DNA of 64,000 bases from Perna viridis (lineage: Eukaryota), in assembly GCA_037379345.1 (NCBI GenBank), contig CM074515.1:15004001-15068000 (forward strand), in the 5' to 3' direction. Both the position numbers and the translations under genes were made by a program. Shown here piece after piece: positions 1 through 11,828 of the stretch. Position 1 is the first letter of the stretch. Every line of letters begins with the position of its first letter. The notes under the pieces were generated by a model. That model made no database searches, had not been told where the DNA came from, and worked only from the letters and a program-made list of their open reading frames with translations.

Positions 1-453
1 AATACAGTTTAATTAAACATTCATTTCATTAAGTGTTCTGGGTTTAAGTCCTATTTCCCCCTCGTTATTATCAGTTATCAACCTATTTTAAGAAAAAAGA
101 CAAAAATGAATCACTGACAACGAAATTTGTGGTTTGTTAATTATTAGCAAGAATGAATTTCAAAACTTATGTTTAATGATATAGGACTTCACCTTTCACT
201 TCATGTCCAGTAGTATAGCATATACAAGTTATGAAAGACTCTGACAGTCAATAATTTGTAAAAAAAAGAGAATAATAATTCCAAAAATATGTTAGTACCC
301 AATAAATAACACTTTTAAGCTACATGACAGAAGTGTCAAATAAGTTAGAAGATTATTGTCTACATACCGTACATGTGTTCCTTTTAAATTTTCAAGATGA
401 TAGCTGAGGTCTTGCACAGTAGACTTATGCATTCTTAAAATTTTCTGTTCCAG

Positions 454-602
454 ATTCAGACAATGATATAAAATTATTAGGAGAAGAGGTAGCTAATTTG
501 ACAGATTTACTTGTACAGCAGAATATAGAGCCCAAGGAAACCGATCCGGTTGTCACTAAAGAAGACCCTGATGTACCATTCTTTGATAGATTCAGGTCAT
601 AG
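454..602 (+). CDS. Probable terminal coding exon of an unidentified upstream gene
   Basis: Acceptor ttttctgttccag at 441-453, then open frame SDNDIKLLGEEVANLTDLLVQQNIEPKETDPVVTKEDPDVPFFDRFRS* ending TAG 600-602. No family recognised. Confidence 0.45.
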
Positions 603-874
603 ACAATTTGTCCAACTCAATTTGTGATTTTGTTTTGAAGATTATAGATAAAAAGTGACAATATATTTGTGTTCTCATTTTTATACTACCTGATACTTTT
701 GCCATTATTAAATGGTATGACCTGTTGATGTCCAAGACACTTTGTTACTAAAAAGGAGCAATTTATGAAATTTCAAAATGAAATGCCTATATTCAATTCT
801 GGTAAATTCAAATGACTGATTGGTACTATTTTCGTATCCTTTGCATTTCAAGGACAAGAATGTTCACTTTATTC

Positions 875-1255
875 TAGAGTGACACACTAAGCTGCATTTT
901 TCATGCTCTACTTTACAGAAGCTAGCATGTCACTCCCTTTAAGATACATTCCAACTCCTAGCCAACCAATCTCCTTTAAACAAAACAAATAAAACAGCAA
1001 ACAAATATTTCATTTGCTACTTCAGTGCCGTCCAGGGCAGTGTAATGGACAAGATCAAGAGACAATAACACAGCTCACAAGAACTCTCAATAAAGAAAAA
1101 TGACAATATGTATATTTGATAATTAAGATTTTTGAGAGAAAAAAAACCACATATGCTGCATGTTAAGCAGAGAAGCAGTGACTATTTTAAAAGTCTTTGT
1201 TATGCCTCGGCCTGGATGAAACCAATGTCCTCCCTCACTCAAGGTTACTTAGGTG
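875..1255 (-). mobile_element. Degenerate tRNA-derived (CORE-like) SINE, interrupted; second fragment at about 20615-20730
   Basis: Blocks such as 'acacactaagctgcatttttcatgct', 'agccaaccaatc' and 'atgctgcatgttaagcagagaagca...agtctttg' resemble the common bivalve SINE body. The first two blocks recur at 20615-20730. Confidence 0.45.
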
Positions 1256-2943
1256 GTTTTCGTAAATTTTAATGAGTTGAACAAATCCTCCTGCCCATAA
1301 TGTTGCTAGAATTTATATTAACTTATTGATTATTTTTCCTCCTGTGTTCTTATTTATACAGACAATGTTTTCTTCACATTGGTGAAATATTACATAAGTA
1401 ACTTGTTGCTGATTTACTTTAAAATTCGAACCTTGTCAAGATCAGAAATAATTATTTATATACCGGGAGATCATCTTTTGGTGGAAAAAAATACATATAT
1501 TTTGTCATGAATTAAGGAGAGTCCATAAAGATGCTATTTTAGGAAAGACAATCTCTTTGTAAATCAACAAAATGGAAAGGAATGTAAGCTCAACTCACTT
1601 GAATACAAAAACAAATTTAATAAAAGTGTCCAACATAAGTCCAAAAAGGTTTTAAATGAAATTTATAATTATTTATAGTGTTGTACTCATTATTCTGTAA
1701 GAAAAAAAATCTTTTATTTGCAATGATAACTGTTAAGGAACAAGGCAGTGCAAGATACTTCCATGTATTTTTCCAGTTTCATCATAATTTAAAAGGAGTA
1801 GTACAAAACACAAGACTTGATCTGTTGCCTTATCAAAATATACTCAAAATACCAAAATTTGTCTTACATTCTGCACCATCTTAATTAGTCAGGGTATTGA
1901 GTCCATCATTTGAGGGAGAGAAATTATTTTAAAAAAAAATCATGTAATCATGTGATGGAAGGAATATATTCTACTATGGTAGTGGAGGACTTCGATACTG
2001 TTGGGTTTCTACATCAGCAATTTCTGCTTATGTAATGTAAAAATAGTTTAAAAATCATATTTTTGTCAGCTTTTTATTTTGGCACACATTTTCAAAATCG
2101 TACAAACCCTGGCTGTGACTATTTTCCCAGTACCTAAAAAAATCATCTTGGAATGAAAGTTTCTTAATAGCCCTAATTTACACACACTAAAAAAACACCA
2201 ACAGTTCTGCAAGTTAGAAGCATGAACAAAAAGTGGGTGAAAGGACACTGAGTAAAGGTAATCATCTACATACAGATCTTTTTTTTTTCAGTTCATGTAT
2301 GTCCATTTTTTATTGGTGATATCTGCTGAAGAATAGTATATCAGTGTGCTATGGTTTCCTGACAAGATAGTCCTTTGCTTATCCTAGCTCTTCTGTAATT
2401 ACATTAGTTTTGAATAATTATGTTTGACTTATCAGAGGAAATGGCAATAAAATTTCCAGTTGGAAAGATAAGTATTTATGGTTAATTTGCATGTAAGTAT
2501 TTGAATGAATTAGAATTTTACATAGCTAGTATATAAATAGGTTGGACTTTTTTTTCAAATTTAAAGCAAGTTACCACTTTGAAAGGTGTCACATCTATAA
2601 AGTTGGGTACACTGAAACGCTGGTTATTTTATTGAAACAGCATTTTCATGATATGTTGTATGTTTTAAAATGTATTCAACAAAATTGCTTTGAGTCTACC
2701 TAGGTTTCTACCAAAGTCTTAGCACAAGACTTTAAGATTCTACTAAAAGATGTATATGGTCATTTTTATATTCCATTCAATTACCAAAAATAAAGCTAAT
2801 ATCCAGCTTTCAATGTGTTAGGAGATATTTGACAATTTGATTGCATTCTTTCAAAATAGCTGGTATTAATTTCAACAAGACAAGTCACAGATGTATTCTA
2901 TTGAATATTTTCATTATTCAAGACATTTTTATTGACATTTATT

Positions 2944-5900
2944 TTATTTAACCACAGGTACAGTTACTGTTAAAACATTAGTTTTTTTACTGAATTTAGC
3001 CGATGCTTCATCATCAACAACTTGGTGAGAAAACTTTATATGTAAACTGTATCTGTCATCAACTTCTAACTTCAGATCGTCCTGCAAAAAATATGAATGC
3101 TACTCAATATCTTGTTGTGAGTGTCTGCATATAATTATTAATACATGAAGATATCATAATATATCTATTTTAGGTCAAGAATGCAACATGTTGTTATTCC
3201 TAAAATTAAAAGTGAAATTTTATACATATATACTATTTAAGTATTTAATTGCCATAGTGTTTTTTTGTTTTTGTTTTTGTTTTTTTGGGGGGGAGGTAAT
3301 TTTACACTGGAGTAAAATCATTTAAGAATATAATGCCCACGCTCAATGAGTGGGTGGTATTTTGGAATCACCTTGTCCATAAGTCATTCCAAATTTAGTT
3401 GTAATTACTCGGCTCCCTATGAATCAGTTGATTTCAAATTTAGTGTGTGGCTTTATGTAGATAGGGCATATGCCAAAGTGCAAAAGTGATTTTGAGTGTT
3501 GTTTGATATTGCCTTCCTGTGTCATTGGACTTTGCCATTTTTCACTTTATTGAATGAAACCGAGCAAATCTTTCTCATAAAATTCTTGGACACAAATTGA
3601 TGGATTTTGGTGTTTGGCTTTATGTAGATGTGGCTTATGTTGTAAGTGATTTTGGGTGCTGTCAGATATCAACCTCCTGTTCCATGGGCCTTTGCCATTT
3701 TACTCTATATATGCAAAATAGACAAAATTTTTGTCACAAAAATCTCAGATCCCAATTGATGGATTGCTTTCAAATTTGGTGTGTGGCTTTATATAGATGG
3801 GGCATAAGTTGTGATTTTTGGTGCTGCCAGACATCAACTTTCTGTTTCATGGAGCTTATGGAATCAACTTATATGGAATGATAGAGCAAATTATTGTCAC
3901 AATGGATGGATTGATTTTAAATTGGTGTGTGTTTTGTATAGATAGAGCATATGCTTTAAATGATTTGGGATTCTGTCTGATATCAGCTTCCCTGTACAAG
4001 TGGGGGTATTCTTAACACATTAATGTGTTCAACTTCATGTTTTGTTTGTTAAGAAACAAGCTGTGCATACCTGAGAAATATCAAGACAACATTCTTTAAC
4101 ACTGGACACACCATCCAGAGTAACCTTGACCTTAATATCTGTCCCAACATCACTTTCAATACAATCTAAAGTGTATTTTGGACAAGTTGCAATGGTTTTC
4201 ATGTCTGTAGATGAAATTTCTTCAATTAATCCTTTCTTTTCCTGTCCCTTTGTAGATGATGGTAACTTTATATCAAACTCACTTTGCTGTGTTTTGATAG
4301 ATCCACTATTGATATTGTCATCACTTACACCAATATTTGCAAATTTATTTAAAAATGTTTCCTTTGCATCAGTGGGAAAAGGTGCAAAGTTTTTCTGCAG
4401 TTCTGACATGTTTTGATCAAATTCTTTGTCCAAATGAGCTGTCTTTTTCATAAAAATCTGTCTTATTTTTTCCATGTTTCCTTTAAACACGACATTACCA
4501 CCCAGTATATGATAATTCTTTGAAATTTGAACACTGTGTTGTGATTCAACATATCTGAATGCCAAGTTAACCAGTTGATCTCTCTCTACCCTATGTGGAC
4601 TATGTCGACCAAATTCTTTAAGTATTTTTGGATTAAATGCTACTGATGTGATTATAACAGTCTCTGCAAAAGATGGCAAAAATGTTCATTTATCAAAATT
4701 TGATTTGTCTACCCTTACATTTTTTTCTATGTTTTTTTTTTAAAAACCAGATCACTAATGACTGAGTATCCCCCTGATGTCCAGGTATTTAATCCAACAA
4801 ATGTATTGCCTAAATATCGCTGAAATATTGCTGCTCGGGCGTTAAACCCCAACAATCAACAACTTTAGGAAATTTGTGCTGTTGTAACATTCCTTAATTT
4901 TTTATGGAATTTTAACTTGCAGTACAAATTTCTAAAAAGCTTTCTGCTTACATTTTTTTTATCAGAATAAAAAAATTGAAGTGTGAAGAATACATGAAAT
5001 TCAAACTGAATAAATTTGGGAAAATAAAATCTGTAGTATTGGTCACTTAAAACTATTGTCCGCATAAAATAAATTTAGGCTAAGTTAAATTTTGAATACC
5101 TGAATCCTCTTTTTCTTTTTGAAGTTCAGTACCCATCACAGGTATGGGATCTTCATCAGTCTTTGGTTCATGTACTCTGTTCCAACCACAAAAATTAATG
5201 TATAATTTCCACTGCTTTGGTGCCTGAAATCCAGACTATGTCAAATCAATCAATCATGGACCTGGTGTTTGTCTTTTAAAACTGAGTCAGTGCAGTGGCT
5301 TCATTTAAACACTTCAATGATAGAACCTTCTTAATTTTTTATTTTATAGCTTTCTATGCGACATGTATGTCTGATTATTTATGATTTTTTTATCCTTTTA
5401 AATACTTTTTTACTAGTAAGATCGGATGTAAAAAAAAAATCATAGAAAATGTAATTAGAATGTCACTGTTGTTCCATGCATTCTCTAAAAAGTGTTCTTA
5501 CGTCTTCCATGTCCAGACTCCAGAGTAAGTCTTGTATACTGGGTACTTACGAATTTGAAAAAAAACATGTAATACTACAATTTGGAAAAAACGAATAACC
5601 AAAATAGGGTTACAACAAGTATGGTAGACCTCAACACATCACTATAATATGTCTAACATGTACCAATTCTTTTCCTCGTACTTTAATTTAAATTTTGACA
5701 GGTATCTGTTTTCAGCAAATCTTGACCTTCTGTAATGCCTGATAGCATCTCTGTCATGACAGATACTTACCAATAAATATTGTGATAAAATAAAGTATGA
5801 TAATGCAATAATTCACATGTGAAATATTTATACTTAGAAAATTTAATAAAACAACACTAGCTGAGATTATTCCAGTATCACTTGTATTGATAGAGTAAGA

Positions 5901-6164
5901 AAGAAACCAATGCAAGGATCTCAATTAGTGATTTATTCTTAAACATGTAAAAAAAGTAAAAACAAAGGTTGTTACCAGTAAGGTAGTCTGAACACACATA
6001 TCTGGTTCTGGTGGTTTCATGTATTCCTTTGCTTCTTTCATCTGTTTGTCTATAAATTCCTTGTATTTATCTGGATTATTCTCTGCCATTTCATCTAACA
6101 TGGTCCAGACATTTTGTGCTTGATTAAGAAGAGACTCTTTACTATATCCACCAGTTTCAGTCAT
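2944..6164 (-). CDS. PIH1D2: PIH1 domain-containing protein 2 (R2TP-like co-chaperone, linked to axonemal dynein assembly), about 347 aa
   Basis: Exons 6164-5976, 5223-5100, 4663-4071, 3081-2944; all GT-AG, phases 0/1/0, 1044 nt. Segments LLNQAQNVWTMLDEMAENNPDKYKEFIDKQMKEAK..PPEPDMCVQT, KLYINFCGWNRV, VAFNP, LIEEISST and SVKECCLDISQDDLKLEV..AKFSKKTNVLTVTVPV track human PIH1D2 throughout. AATAAA overlaps the stop. Confidence 0.93.
3329..4045. mobile_element. Non-autonomous Helentron-type (HINE/pearl-like) element with about 4 internal tandem units
   Basis: Starts with a short inverted repeat (atgcccacgctcaatgagtgggt). Core 'aaatttggtgtgtggctttatatagat' recurs near 3435, 3605, 3775 and 3920 (150-170 bp period). 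Ends with gggggtattc, an aacacattaatgtgtt palindrome and a T-rich tail. Lies in PIH1D2 intron 3. Confidence 0.6.
4813..4863 (+). repeat. SINE 3' tail fragment
   Basis: gctgaaatattgctgctcgggcgttaaaccccaacaatcaa is identical to the tail of the element ending at 31520. Confidence 0.65.
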
Positions 6165-7199
6165 GATGATTCTGTAATATATATACACAGGTGCATTTTT
6201 CAGAAAACATTTGACTACACACGAAAGGATCATCAGCAGATAAATAACTGTTACAGGAGTATTAGCAAAATGACTTCACTTCATTTGAGAGAATAGCTAT
6301 TATGAGAAGGTATGTATTATCAAGTCCTCCATGCTATATCGAAACACAGGAATGAAATATCTTACTTCACTCATTAGGAAGATGCTACATGCATGATAAC
6401 AAGGTATATTTAAATCAACAATGGGTGTTCCGATAGGAAATGATAAGGTCGGTGTTATTGAAAAGTAAAAACCCAGCCAACTGGTCATATTAAAAAAATA
6501 TATTCATTGTCCAAGAATCTAACCCACCTCGGAAAAAATATAGCTCCAATAATATTATTATCCTAATCAAAGCAAAGCCTTTCTAAGATAGAAAAGTTGA
6601 TCATATCTTTTTGGAATTTATGCTGTCAACAATCTATGCCTGTATAAGCAGGGACTTTATATTACACTCCATCATATAAGCAAACACCCTTATTTCACCA
6701 CACGCTAAAACTTCTGCAATGGTCCTTATTATAACATAGAAGAAATGATATTGAAGTCCTAATACTGTTCAAAATAACACACCATACAACCCTTGTATTT
6801 GGAGTTTCTAAAAATCTATAGTATAGTAGTAGATCTATTTTGTATGGTCTGTTGTACTCCTACAAGGTAAGAGGTTGGAATTCCGTTCCTCAGTACCTAT
6901 GGAATTAACGCCTGATTTTCTGGAAAGTTTACCTAAAAAATGCTCATTTGACTAAGACTAAGATCTTATGCAAATTATGATTGCGCTGTGGAATACAACA
7001 TGTCAGATGCTAAAGGATAGGGATGGCACCAAGTCAGAAAATAGCTTGCCAGACAACCTCTAGCATGGTACTTCTTTTTACAATTCAAATGGAAGTCTTC
7101 TTTCAATACAGTGTGGGATCCATATGAACATCAATGCACTACTAGGGTTAAAAAGCCAACTGCATAAGACCCAAGGCCTGCTATATATAGTTAAAAACT

Positions 7200-7762
7200 A
7201 AGCTTTCAGCAAAGGTTGAGTTTGCTGATTCCATCCTTGAAGGTGTCCAGGAAATCAGCATCTAATATGTGTTGTGGCAGACTGTTCCAGATTGGTATTG
7301 TTGCTGGAAAAAAAGGGGTGTTGGAAACTCGTCTTCACATAGAAAAAGGCTGTACGAAGCACACGGAATGGCCTCTTGTTGTTGCACGTTAGATAAAGAA
7401 CCTGGGAGGATGGTACCTCAACAAAGTTATAAATGACGCAGTACGCTTGGATCATGAAGGATTTCTAGTTCTTACTTCTGTAGCATTGATGTGGCGCTAC
7501 TGTCTTCCGATATTGTATCTAACTGCTTTCTTTTAGCTGGGAAATCTTTGCTCTTGATTTTTTTCTTTTCTCTGATTTTGCGATCTAACTTTAAATTAAA
7601 AAAAAATAATAGTTAGGGACTTGTTCAATAGCAGTGATGTTCTTCTTTCTCAGGTGGTCTCATACTACTCCTGCATATTAAAGTTGTGGTCTAAATAGTG
7701 TCTTGTAGCTCTGCAGCTTAACATGACGAGGATATGATGACGAATTCCTCCTCAGGCAAAGG
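7200..7762 (-). mobile_element. 5'-truncated, decayed CR1/L2-group LINE 3' end
   Basis: Minus-strand remnants LRRNSSSYPRHVKLQSYKTLFRPQL*YAGVV*DHLRKKNITAIEQV and PFFPATIPIWNSLPQHILDADFLDTFKDGI match the post-RT motifs of such LINEs (YKTLVRPxLEY..VWDP; SFFPRT...WNSLP). Stop codons present. Confidence 0.75.
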
Positions 7763-7899
7763 TCGTAAGGATAGTCAGACAATCATGAGCTTCAGTCGTT
7801 CAGAAGGCATTGGTGATGTTCGCTTTCGTGGATATGACACTAGTATGGTTGTTTCGAAATATAAAACGTTTACAAACCATTCTTTCTAGCAATAGAACC

Positions 7900-8095
7900 A
7901 AAAGGACTGACTCACAATTATATTTCTATAAATCAACCTACGTTTTCTTGTTATGAGCGCACCTGTCTTTTCATGCAGCAATGTGAATGCGTCCTTAGAC
8001 AGCGCACTACGTCATCAATATCTACGTGGTCAAGGGAAACAACTCTACTCTTCACCACTTGTCCATCTTTTTGTTTATACTAATGTAAGACATTC
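7900..8095. promoter_or_regulatory. Candidate bidirectional promoter for PIH1D2 and NKAPD1
   Basis: Local CpG enrichment between the two divergent genes; TACGTCA (CRE-like) near 8008. Outward-facing candidate donors: GTAAGA on + near 8084, GTAGGT and GTGAGT on - near 7941 and 7914. Both ATG exons are preceded by acceptors, so upstream non-coding exons are required. Confidence 0.4.
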
Positions 8096-9169
8096 TTTCC
8101 CTAATATTTCCATGATTTCCCCTGATATTTTCTATGTTTAAAACATTCAATGTATGGATTATCACTGAGGCATATGTAAAGTTGATTTCATAATTCTATT
8201 TTACACAGTTAAATAACTATTACAGAAAAAGTTAATAAGTTTTTGCGAAAGGCCAAGGGCACATAAAAAGTTGGTGTTAATTATAACATGAGGTTCATAA
8301 CATGAGGCGTCAGTAGCAGTCCTTTGACTTAAGGAAAGTAGCACAGTTCCGATTAGCACGGTAAGCACAGTGGATATGCTAAAACTAGTCCTAAACTTTC
8401 TTCGGCTCTGACAAGCATGAGTCTTCAATTTAGAAAAAAATTCTAAATGAAAAAAGTTAGATTTATGACCATGTTCCTCCTTGGGTCAGGTCATTGCCAC
8501 TGGTATACCCAGTGGGTTCTGCCTTTGAAACACCCCTTTTTGTTGTTTTATGCTTTATATATTTCTAGATCCACCTGCTGGTATAACAGACTACCAATAC
8601 CATATTAACATATTATTTATAAGTCTGACGGTTGGTGAAATAATGGTTGTCAATTTACCATTATTGTACTTACTTGTAGTTATTAAGTGATAATGAAGTT
8701 AACATCCATTTACATGCATTTGGTTACTTAATCCAGGGACATATACAATTCATAGTTTCTACAATATAATACATTGTTCAAATTATATGTCCCTGCCTTA
8801 TCATAACTATACAGTGTACATTGTCCATGGCTGCCAAGCTTCCAGTGTGCAAATGCTAGAGATTTGGCAAAAGTTTAAAAGAACAAGGGGATAAAGATAA
8901 AAGATGAAAGGAAAATGCTGCCAAATCAGCTTCAAAATATGTGAGAGTTAGCAATATTGCATAGTCTTGTTTATTTTGTTGAATCATTGTACATCAAATG
9001 TTAATTTTTTGGGTCTTGATTATAGGAGATGATGTCTTCATGATGTCATCACTTAGCTATGATTTGGTTTTGGTTCGCAAAAAATCCATTGAGTGGCATA
9101 ACTCGCATCAATTTTTAAGATTATTGAAATATTCTTTTGGTTCTCAACATTGCAAATAATTTTTTTTAA

Positions 9170-9631
9170 GGCTAGAAACCACTAATTCCACTTCCCATAG
9201 GCTTCTATGCTAATTTCACAATGTTCAATGGCTTATCTGGACTACCTTAACTTTAACCTGCAGAGAACTATATATTAGCATGATTCTACATATGTCGGCT
9301 CACAATCCTCAGAATAGCATGTGGGGTTAGCAGACTTGCAGTGCAGTACTGGTCACCGGAAGTGGTCTATAAATAGCATGGGAAATCCCAATGTTTTCTC
9401 AAGACAGGGGTATATTTAGAAATCATTATGGAGATTAGGCTTCAAATCACAAGAAGCAAAATGCAACTATTGAATGTACAGAAATGTTTTTCCTTTCAGA
9501 AACTGTTTAAATTTTTAAAATACAATAAGAACTTTATTCACAGCACTATGAGGAACAGGGGGTAATTTCTGCATAGGACTATTTTTGCATGCGTTCCAAA
9601 TGCTCGTTGATTGAATTGGTGGTCTGTAACC
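9170..9631 (+). mobile_element. Kolobok-like MITE, copy 1 of 3
   Basis: TTAA|GGCTAGAAACCACTAATTC ... GAATTGGTGGTCTGTAACC|TAAA: about 20-bp imperfect TIRs, RR..YY termini, TTAA target. Confidence 0.7.
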
Positions 9632-10493
9632 TAAAGAGTAATTTTTTGTCTTAGAAAAAATAAATAACTATACAACTACCTTCCTATACACGTAGTGAAT
9701 GAATTTGCAAAGTTTCAGTGAAATGTGATGAGCACTTTTTTAAATATTTGATTTTTAATTATAGGTTAACCAAGTTATGCGAGCAAAATGGTGACAATAT
9801 TCTACCATACTTAAATGCCTTAAATATTTGCAAAGAACTTTTTCTGACTTTTCAAATAAAAAAATTCAATCACTACTTGTTTTTTAACAATATTAATAAA
9901 GAGATATCCTTTAAAAGTAATCATTTTCTGAAAAATTGGTCTATTTTTAAAAATTTATTTGTAACATGCCTCCCCCTTTTTCTTGATCACATGTCAAAAT
10001 CCTAAATCTTTAAATTTTCACAAAAGGTGATATCTTTGGCTTTAAATTTGTAAATACAGTGTTTTCACATTAAAACATGACCAGTAAAGGGCACCTAAAG
10101 CAAAAAAAGTACTCAAAATTGAAATTTCCATGTTGCCATAGGGAAATGCTTATATGTCCTTAACCTCTGTAATAAAAGTGAGTTTTTCCTCATTTCTAAT
10201 CAAATTTTTGCTAAAATCTGCACAAAACTTGATTTCAAGTGCTGATCACCACTATATTTAGGTAAATATAGCCTTCAAAGTTCAATATTTGATATTTTCT
10301 ACACTTTTTACAAGATGGATCATAAAAATCAGCCAGAAAGACCTAATTTTCATAATTTGGTCTAATAACTATAAAAAATGCTTATTTTGAAGGATTTTTG
10401 TAGTGTATTCCTCTCATAGCAAAGTTTACAAGATCTTCAAGTAGTTTAAAGCTATTCCGAGAAACTTTTCATTTTGCCATGGCTTCAGCTTAA

Positions 10494-10708
10494 GGCTATA
10501 AACCACTAATTCCACTTCCCATAGGCTTCTATGCTAATTTCACAATGTTCAAAGGCTTCTCTGGACTTTACCTAAACTTTAACCTGCAGAGGAGTATATA
10601 TGAAATGAGAACTTTTTCACAGCACTATGAGGAATGGGGTAATTTCTGCGTAGGACTATTTTTGCATACGTTCCAAATGCTCATTGGTTGAATGGGTGGT
10701 CTATAATC
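10494..10708 (+). mobile_element. Kolobok-like MITE, internally deleted copy 2
   Basis: Both ends nearly identical to 9170-9631; about 250 bp of the interior is missing. Confidence 0.7.
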
Positions 10709-11332
10709 TAAATTTATCCATGGACTTTAAAAAATTAGACCCTATAGGATCTAGGATAAGATTTTAGTTTTATATGAAAATAGAGGTTAACATAAAAATA
10801 TCTTAACAAATTTATTTTTTTAGTAAAAAAGTTATAATGTCACATAAATAACATATGAATTATTTAATCTAAATGATACATTTGCAGGACCAAAATTGGA
10901 TATAAAATAAAAAAGTTCTAAAAACTTGAAAATTTGGATTCTAATTATAAAATTGACAATCGTTTATTTAGTTGTTTATTTGTCAACCAATTTGACACTT
11001 ACTAATATGCAAATTAGTGAATATGACATCACTAACAGAGATTACCGAACTCTCCTATAGGCCTTTGAAAATTTCATTAGGATTTCTGTCCGTCTGTATA
11101 GATTTTTAATCAGGTCAATTGAATGTGACCTATTATTTGTATGAATATTATCATTAGAGTTTACTTCTCTTGAACTGACAGAAAATGAATGATTTTGGGT
11201 GGTTTTTTTTTGGTTGCAAATTCTACAGATTAAATCTGTTAAAATAATGATTTTCCTTGCCATATGCTTTTCCAATCAGTTGAAGTTGTATTGTACATTG
11301 TATGCATTACTTTTTTTTTTAGATTGTTGAAG

Positions 11333-11784
11333 ATGGCCAACTCTGCAGCAAAAACATTGCTAAGAAACCATATCCGTCATGCTGATACTCACAATAAGGT
11401 AACAAATAATGCTGTCACAATAGTCACACTGCTTTAATCTATGTTTGTACACTTCTTAAAAAAAATATTACAGTCAAGCGTTGGTAAAGCATAGTAGATT
11501 CTTGCAAACAAATATCATTTGAGCATCTTTACAACTGACAGTTTACTTCTGGTAAGGCCTGAAATAGAATTGTTCTGCTTTTTCTGCTTTATCTTCAAAA
11601 ACTTTATTGCTTATTGTCCCCAAATTAGCAGTACCCCATCCCTAGCATCAACTGTAGTTCCAATATATAACAGGAAGTGACTTATTAACTCTACAGGTAA
11701 ATCCTTTCTTGGTTCTATATATCTTTATTCTCATAAATCAATTGACACAGAGTACATACACAAATACAATTTGAGACACAGCAC

Positions 11785-11828
<44 letters not shown>

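Noticed and set aside
454-602. Possible DLAT 3' end (the human neighbour of PIH1D2)
   Set aside because: The peptide does not resemble the DLAT catalytic C-terminus.
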